Shown here: in pieces, positions 58,330-64,000 of the stretch | How the letters are laid out: each line of letters begins with the position of its first letter | How positions within the stretch are numbered: the stretch's first letter is position 1 | Origin: Alphaproteobacteria bacterium | Lineage (GTDB): Bacteria > Pseudomonadota > Alphaproteobacteria > Rs-D84 > SZUA-605 | NCBI GenBank assembly: GCA_031549385.1 | Contig: JAVBPW010000001.1 | Location: 256,001-320,000, forward strand | Direction of reading: 5' to 3' | Length of the DNA: 64,000 bases | Position numbers and translations under genes: made by a program | The notes under the pieces: model-generated | Told to the model about the DNA's origin: nothing | Database searches by the model: none | The model's input: only the letters and a program-made list of their open reading frames with translations

Positions 58330-58929
58330 TTATTTACGTCCTGTTGCAGTTCTTCTTTTAATTTCGTAGTTAACTTTATCATATATTAATTTGTATGTGT
58401 CTTCACCAAGAAATTCAGTGATTGTTTCACTTCCCATTGAGTATTGTGAAATAGTTTGAATTATTAATCTTGTTTCAGTTGTCTTTGAATTTATTTTATC
58501 AAAACTTACTGATAAACGATATTTTTGTCCTACTTTTTCTCTTTTTTGTGAAGGAGATCCTGCAGCTACATAAGTGTTACCTGAACTTGATCCACCACCA
58601 CCTGCTGCTAATGCAACTGTTGTTGTTAACAATAGCCCCATTCCTGCATAAGTTGCTGTACTTGTTCCTGATGATGAACTTGATGTTGTTTCTTGACCAG
58701 ATAAAGAATTTCCTTCAGCAACAATTAATCCACCTGAAAAATCTTGGTTTTGAATTACATAACCGTCGTCTTGTAAAACACTTTTAAATGCTTGAAATGT
58801 GTTTTCAAATGTTGCATCAAAGGTTTTTACCTGCATAACTCTTTTTTGTTGTGGCGTTACTGTTGGTTCTGGTGTACTTGTACAAGCAAATAAAAATAAT
58901 ATTGATAATAATATGCTTATTTTCTTCAT
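58330..58929 (-). CDS. Hypothetical lipoprotein
   Basis: LFAC lipobox; R.MQ...F, VLQD.GY.I motif. Confidence 0.75.
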   Translation of the reverse strand: MKKISILLSILFLFACTSTPEPTVTPQQKRVMQVKTFDATFENTFQAFKSVLQDDGYVIQNQDFSGGLIVAEGNSLSGQETTSSSSSGTSTATYAGMGLLLTTTVALAAGGGGSSSGNTYVAAGSPSQKREKVGQKYRLSVSFDKINSKTTETRLIIQTISQYSMGSETITEFLGEDTYKLIYDKVNYEIKRRTATGRK

Positions 58930-58939
58930 ATTTATTTCC

Positions 58940-59338
58940 TTAGAATTGTGCTGATAATACAGAATAATCGCTTACAACATCATTTTTATTGAATGTTATT
59001 ATCAAATCAAAATTTGTTATTGAATTTGATGCTGAAGCATTAGCTGATCCGTAACCTACTAGTAAAGGAACACCTGCTGCAAATGATGATGATTTTCCTG
59101 ATTTTTCAGTGCTTTGTTTTGAATATGTCCAAACTTCTTGGCCTGAAGAATTCTTTGTTATTATATTTGGAGCACCAAATAATTCTAATACTTCATTTTG
59201 AGTTGTTTTACCTTTAACTATTTTGCTTTTTACCATTCCATAAGTTAAGTTTGATTTTTGTGGTGCTGGTTGCTCTTGTGTTGATCCACATGCACCTAAT
59301 AATAATGCTATTGAAAGTATTGTGATTGTCTTTTTCAT
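58940..59338 (-). CDS. Lipoprotein, SmpA/BamE-like fold
   Basis: LGAC lipobox; G.TT..EV...FG.P, E.W.Y, L.I.F....V. Confidence 0.75.
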   Translation of the reverse strand: MKKTITILSIALLLGACGSTQEQPAPQKSNLTYGMVKSKIVKGKTTQNEVLELFGAPNIITKNSSGQEVWTYSKQSTEKSGKSSSFAAGVPLLVGYGSANASASNSITNFDLIITFNKNDVVSDYSVLSAQF

Positions 59339-59375
59339 TTTTATTGCTCCTTTAAAGATTTATCTGTCTTTTATT

Positions 59376-61130
59376 CTAGCTTTTAAAAGTTCCATCTTCA
59401 AGTAAAAACTGGATTTGTTTGCGGTTATTCCAATTATTTATCTTTATTTTACCTGCTAGTTCAAAAGTTGAACCTATGTTTTGTAATAGAGCGTTGCTTA
59501 AATCATTCTTTTCATAGTTGAATAATAATACAGTTATTGGCTTGTTTGTGCTGGATTTAAACGTGGCTTTTATATGTTTATTTGAAAAAATTTGGGTTGA
59601 TTGTAATCTTGCATCTTTTAAAACGAATCGAGGTTCTTCATTTGAAGTACCAAATGGAGATAGTTTTTTTATTTCTTCAGCTAGTTCCATTGTTAGTGCA
59701 CCTGCGTCAATTGTCGAATCAATTGATAGTACTCTTGAAAATTCTTTTCCATTAAGTTGAGTGGTTATTTGTTCGTTTATGAACTCTTGGAAGATTTGTA
59801 GATTTTCTTCTTTTAAAGAAAATCCTGCTGCCATTTTATGTCCACCACCTTCAGTTAAAATCCCATTGTCTTTTGCTTTTATTATTATTTGACCTATATC
59901 TATTTGTTCGACTGAACGACAAGAGCCATTTATTATTCCATCTTTAACTGTTCCTATTAAAGTTGGGAGATTAAATTTTTCTTTTATTCGGCTGGCTATA
60001 ATTCCCATTATTCCTGGATGCCATGTTTGATTGAATAAAAATACAAAGTTTCCATAATCTTCTTTTTGAGATAATTGATCCAGAGCATCTTCTAATATTA
60101 TTGTTTCTATATTTTTTCTCTTTGTGTTTTCATCATTTAAAATGTTTGCTAATACACATGCTTGAGTTTCATCATTGCATAAAAGTAATTGAGTGCCTGT
60201 TGATGATACACCCACACGGCCACCTGCATTTATTCTTGGTCCTAATATGAAACCTAAATGAAATATGTCGATTGTTTCTTTTATTCCTGCTACATCAGCT
60301 AATGCTTTTAGACCTATGTTTTCACGTCTTTGAATTTGACATAATCCAGTTTTTACAAAAGCTCTGTTTGCGTCTACTAGAGGAACTACATCACAAACTG
60401 TGCCTAATGCAACTAAATCCATATACTTTAATAAATCTGGTTCTGAAATATTATTTTCTTCGAAATAATTAATTTGTTTTAATCTGTTTTTCAAACCTAC
60501 TAAAAATAAAAACACTACCCCTACTGCTGCAAAATATTTATGATTTGTTTCTTCATCAAGTCTTTTGGGATTTATTACAGCATGTGCTGATGGAAGTTTA
60601 ACTTCTGCTTCGTGATGGTCGATTACTATTATTTCTAAATCTATTTTATTTGCATGCTTGATTGGTTCAAATGCTGTTATACCACAGTCTACTGTTATAC
60701 ATAAAGTTGCTCCGTTATCTTTGAAGCTTTGAAATACTTTTTCATTTGGCCCATAACCATCCTCTTCACGGTCTGGAATGTGCAAAAGAAGAGGGCATTT
60801 TAATTTTCTTAAAAAATCATAGAGAATCGAAGAGGATGTTGCACCGTCTACATCATAGTCACCAAAAATTGCTATTGTTTCTTTGTTTTTAATTGCTTGA
60901 ATTGCTCTTTGAATTCCTTTTTCCATGTCTTTAAAATCAAATGGATTTGGAAGAAGGTTTTTAATTTTTGGATTTAAATAATTTTCTATGCCATCAAGTG
61001 GAATTTCTTTTGATGCTATTATTTGTGCGAGAATCGGAGATAATTCAAATTTTTGTGATATAAGTTGTGAGAAACGATCGTCGTAGTTTTTTAATTTCCA
61101 TTCTTTGTTTAAGAGAGATTTGTTTGTCAT
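59376..61130 (-). CDS. recJ: Single-stranded DNA exonuclease RecJ
   Basis: GDYDVDG, TVDCG, DHH, LGTVCDVVPL, PRINAGGR, GGGH.MAAG. Confidence 0.97.
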   Translation of the reverse strand: MTNKSLLNKEWKLKNYDDRFSQLISQKFELSPILAQIIASKEIPLDGIENYLNPKIKNLLPNPFDFKDMEKGIQRAIQAIKNKETIAIFGDYDVDGATSSSILYDFLRKLKCPLLLHIPDREEDGYGPNEKVFQSFKDNGATLCITVDCGITAFEPIKHANKIDLEIIVIDHHEAEVKLPSAHAVINPKRLDEETNHKYFAAVGVVFLFLVGLKNRLKQINYFEENNISEPDLLKYMDLVALGTVCDVVPLVDANRAFVKTGLCQIQRRENIGLKALADVAGIKETIDIFHLGFILGPRINAGGRVGVSSTGTQLLLCNDETQACVLANILNDENTKRKNIETIILEDALDQLSQKEDYGNFVFLFNQTWHPGIMGIIASRIKEKFNLPTLIGTVKDGIINGSCRSVEQIDIGQIIIKAKDNGILTEGGGHKMAAGFSLKEENLQIFQEFINEQITTQLNGKEFSRVLSIDSTIDAGALTMELAEEIKKLSPFGTSNEEPRFVLKDARLQSTQIFSNKHIKATFKSSTNKPITVLLFNYEKNDLSNALLQNIGSTFELAGKIKINNWNNRKQIQFLLEDGTFKS

Positions 61131-61139
61131 TATCCCTCC

Positions 61140-61568
61140 TTAATAACTTATATATATTTCAGTTCTTGTGGAAAAGTCTTCGTCCTTCTTTAGTGTTTCA
61201 TCTGAGTAAATTAATTCATTCTTTGTTCCTTGTTCAAAAGATAGTTGTATTGGTTTAATTTTATCTTTTAAATAATATTCTATTCTTTTATTTCTTTCTT
61301 TGGAAACATTTGATGCGGAAGCATAAGAGATTATTTTTACTACGCTTGGATATTTGTTGTAAAATTCAACAGTTTGATCCAATGCTTTTTTGTCTGAATC
61401 ACTTAAGATGGTTGAATTTGGTTTGTAATATAAGACGCTAGATAGAAATGTAGTTGTATTTGCTCTTTTTCTTAAAGAGTAATCCATTGTGATTTGTGGA
61501 TTATCTTTTGAATAATCTGTACCACATGCTCCTAATAATAAAACTAATACTAATATAACTCTTCTCAT
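61140..61568 (-). CDS. Lipoprotein with an OmpA-like domain
   Basis: LGAC lipobox; Y..NS..L...D...L, R.EI.I end motif. Confidence 0.65.
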   Translation of the reverse strand: MRRVILVLVLLLGACGTDYSKDNPQITMDYSLRKRANTTTFLSSVLYYKPNSTILSDSDKKALDQTVEFYNKYPSVVKIISYASASNVSKERNKRIEYYLKDKIKPIQLSFEQGTKNELIYSDETLKKDEDFSTRTEIYISY

Positions 61569-61699
61569 CTACACAAACTTTTTATTCATTCGTTATTTAG
61601 TTTATTTTAATTTTATATAATTTGCAATAAATATAAATATTTCCTTGATTTTGTCTTTTTTTTCATTAAAAAGAAGTTTGTAGAAGGGGACATGGGGAA

Positions 61700-63022
61700 A
61701 TGAAAAATAAATTTTCTTTATTAGTATTGTTAGTTGCTATTGGATATTGCAGTGTTGGTAATGCTGCGTTGTTTGGCAATGGTGGACCAGTTGTTGCTTT
61801 TCCAGAAGTGCAAGGAAAAGAACTTAGAGTCGAAACAGCCCCTGTTGTTGCAGTGAATAGAGAAGTTAGAACTGATTATCAAGTTGCATCAACTTCATCT
61901 GTTGCTCGTGATACAGAAGACTATGTTTATAATAGAAATAAATTACGTATTAATCGTCCTAATTTAAAATATCAGGTTGGTGGTGAAGAAATTGTTGTTC
62001 CTGTTGCTGCTGGGAAAAGCAAAATTGTAACTGCTAAAAACGAATCTAAGACTGGCAAAAGTGTGAAAATTGAAAATGATCCTTTAGATAAAGAAATGGA
62101 TCTTAAAAAACAAGAAATTGCTAGATTACAAAAACAAATTTTAGAACAAGAACAAAAATTGGAAGACTTAAAACAAAGTGCTATTTTACCGGCTTTTAAT
62201 GAAAATAGTAAAAAAGCTGAAGTACAGGAAAAAGAACAAATAGTTCTTCCTTATAAGTTTGTTAAGACTAAAGAAAGTCCACTTGTTAAAGAAAAGAGAA
62301 TCGAATATCCAAAAGATGTAAAAAGAGAATTCGAAAAAGTTTATATGTCAGAAAACCAATACCTAACACTTATGGAAGGTGATATGGGTGACGATTTTAT
62401 GGAAGAAGATTTAGATCCTATGTCAGAAAATGATATGGATGATTTTTTTGTAGAAAGCAGTGATTTGGCTGAAGATGTTGGTCCATTACCTGCTAAAGCA
62501 TTTTCTGGTAGTGATGTTTCTTTAAATAATAATAAATCTTCTTCAAGCAAATCTTCCTTGATTGTTGAAAATGGTGATTTGTTAAAGAATTTAGATGCTT
62601 TCTCTCAAGAAAGTGTATCTGCGATGGATTTAGAAAAGAAAATCGATATTTTACAAATGAAAGTTGCTTTTGAAGAAGGTGGTTCTTCTGTTAATACTAA
62701 GAATATTGAATTGATTTCTTCTTTTGCTTCTATTGTTTTAAATAATCCTACTAATGGAGTTGAACTTTATATTTCTGATCAATCTTTGACTGATACAAAT
62801 TCTAAGAAATTAATGGCTAAAAGACTAGCTGTTGTTTCTCGAATCCTAAAAGACCAAGGAATTAAAGAATATCAAATTAAACCAGTGCTTTCAAAACGTC
62901 CTTTTAATTCTATGGTTTTGAAGATTGTTGATCTTGATTCTTATAAACAAGCAGAATCTAGAAAAACTGATGCATTTGGTAATGTTATAAAAGAAAAAGC
63001 TTTCAGAGCTATCAATTGGTAA
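61700..63022 (+). CDS. Hypothetical exported protein (coiled coil, acidic linker, OmpA-like C-terminus)
   Basis: Signal peptide; F..G.S.V and L..KR..VV...L...GI motifs. Confidence 0.7.
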   Translation: MKNKFSLLVLLVAIGYCSVGNAALFGNGGPVVAFPEVQGKELRVETAPVVAVNREVRTDYQVASTSSVARDTEDYVYNRNKLRINRPNLKYQVGGEEIVVPVAAGKSKIVTAKNESKTGKSVKIENDPLDKEMDLKKQEIARLQKQILEQEQKLEDLKQSAILPAFNENSKKAEVQEKEQIVLPYKFVKTKESPLVKEKRIEYPKDVKREFEKVYMSENQYLTLMEGDMGDDFMEEDLDPMSENDMDDFFVESSDLAEDVGPLPAKAFSGSDVSLNNNKSSSSKSSLIVENGDLLKNLDAFSQESVSAMDLEKKIDILQMKVAFEEGGSSVNTKNIELISSFASIVLNNPTNGVELYISDQSLTDTNSKKLMAKRLAVVSRILKDQGIKEYQIKPVLSKRPFNSMVLKIVDLDSYKQAESRKTDAFGNVIKEKAFRAINW

Positions 63023-63741
63023 AGTTATTAAATAGTTTTATAAACTTTTTATTTCCTAAATATTGTTATAACTGTAGATGTCTTATTATTGATAGTGAAA
63101 ACCATTTATGTGATAAATGTTTTTCTCAATTGCTTTTTATTGTTAAACCTTATTGTGAAAAATGTGGTTATCCTATTTCAAAAAATATCTTTGATAAAGA
63201 TACTGCGAATCCTAATGAATGTACATATTGCAGAAAGAAGAACGTTCCTTTTGTTTCATGTCAATCGTTGATGGTTTATGATGATATTTCTAAAAAATTA
63301 ATACTTCCATTTAAACATAGAGACGAATCGTTTTTAGGAAAATATTTTGCATATTTATCTTTTGGTTTTAAAAAAGATTTTATTGGAAACATTGACTGTA
63401 TTATTCCAGTGCCACTGCATTATAAAAGATTTTTAAAAAGAAAATATAATCAAGCTGGAGTGTTTGCTTATGAGTTAGGAAAGCTTTTTAAAAAAGATGT
63501 TTATGATGATGTTATTGTTAGAAAAAAATTTAATACACAAAAATCATTATCTTATTCTGGAAGACAGAAAAGTGTTCATAATGTTTTTGCTTTGAAAAAT
63601 GTTAATAAAATTAAAGGTAAAAAAGTTTTAATTGTTGATGATGTTATGGCAACTGGAGCTACTGTTAATGAAATAGCAAAAGTATTAAAGTCTGCTGGAG
63701 CAGATGTTTATATTTTGACTATTGCTCGAACAATTTTGTAA
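63016..63741 (+). CDS. comF: ComF family protein
   Basis: Double zinc ribbon, PVPLH..R...R.YNQ, VDDVM.TGAT. Confidence 0.92.
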   Translation: MVKLLNSFINFLFPKYCYNCRCLIIDSENHLCDKCFSQLLFIVKPYCEKCGYPISKNIFDKDTANPNECTYCRKKNVPFVSCQSLMVYDDISKKLILPFKHRDESFLGKYFAYLSFGFKKDFIGNIDCIIPVPLHYKRFLKRKYNQAGVFAYELGKLFKKDVYDDVIVRKKFNTQKSLSYSGRQKSVHNVFALKNVNKIKGKKVLIVDDVMATGATVNEIAKVLKSAGADVYILTIARTIL

Positions 63742-64000
63742 TTAGCTTTTATCAACAGGTAGATTTAAAAATTCAAATGGAAGTTTTTCTAACATTGCTC
63801 CACATGAAGTTTTATGACCTTTGAAACCATAATCTTTTGCTATTTCAATTAGGTTAATATCTTTTCTGTTTGTAAAAAGCGATAGTTTCCAACCTGTAAT
63901 TACTTTATAGTATAAAACCACAAAAGGATATTTTTCATAAAGATTTTTTACATTAGCTTCAAATATCTCTGAACCTTGTACGTTTGAATTTAATGCAGGT
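63742..64000 (-). CDS. 3' end of a DHH/DHHA1-family phosphoesterase-like protein (partial)
   Basis: Manual translation ...WKLSLFTNRKDINLIEIAKDYGFKGHKTSCGA...; the frame stays open to the window edge. Confidence 0.6.
   Translation of the reverse strand, partial: PALNSNVQGSEIFEANVKNLYEKYPFVVLYYKVITGWKLSLFTNRKDINLIEIAKDYGFKGHKTSCGAMLEKLPFEFLNLPVDKS

Overview
Core chromosome of a very AT-rich alphaproteobacterium, probably a reduced or host-associated uncultured lineage (judged from lpxI, rpoH, virB3/virB4, kdsB and the alpha-type tRNA-fMet; the taxon is inferred). The window is gene-dense and probably origin-proximal: mreB-parB-parA, rsmG, two canonical parS sites, dnaQ and a DnaA-box cluster. 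It holds about 70 mostly housekeeping CDSs and 8 tRNAs. I found no rRNA, CRISPR array, transposase or prophage. The most unusual signals are non-coding. (1) A hairpin-plus-ACACTT trailer is fused directly to the CCA of four unrelated tRNAs, with a covarying closing pair. (2) A family of ~120-bp covarying palindromic elements sits right after stop codons. (3) A strand-polarised ~55-bp motif (CCGG / T-tract / IHF-like box / GANTC at fixed spacing) was seen only around parS and the DnaA boxes. (4) The heptamer GAATCGA is strongly strand-biased. Several intact-looking genes encode predicted catalytically dead proteins (DacA, LexA, an ExeA-like ATPase). There are also scattered secretion components, a frameshifted outer-membrane protein, many apparently leaderless genes and an ORFan inserted after tRNA-fMet. 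All motif counts were made by eye.
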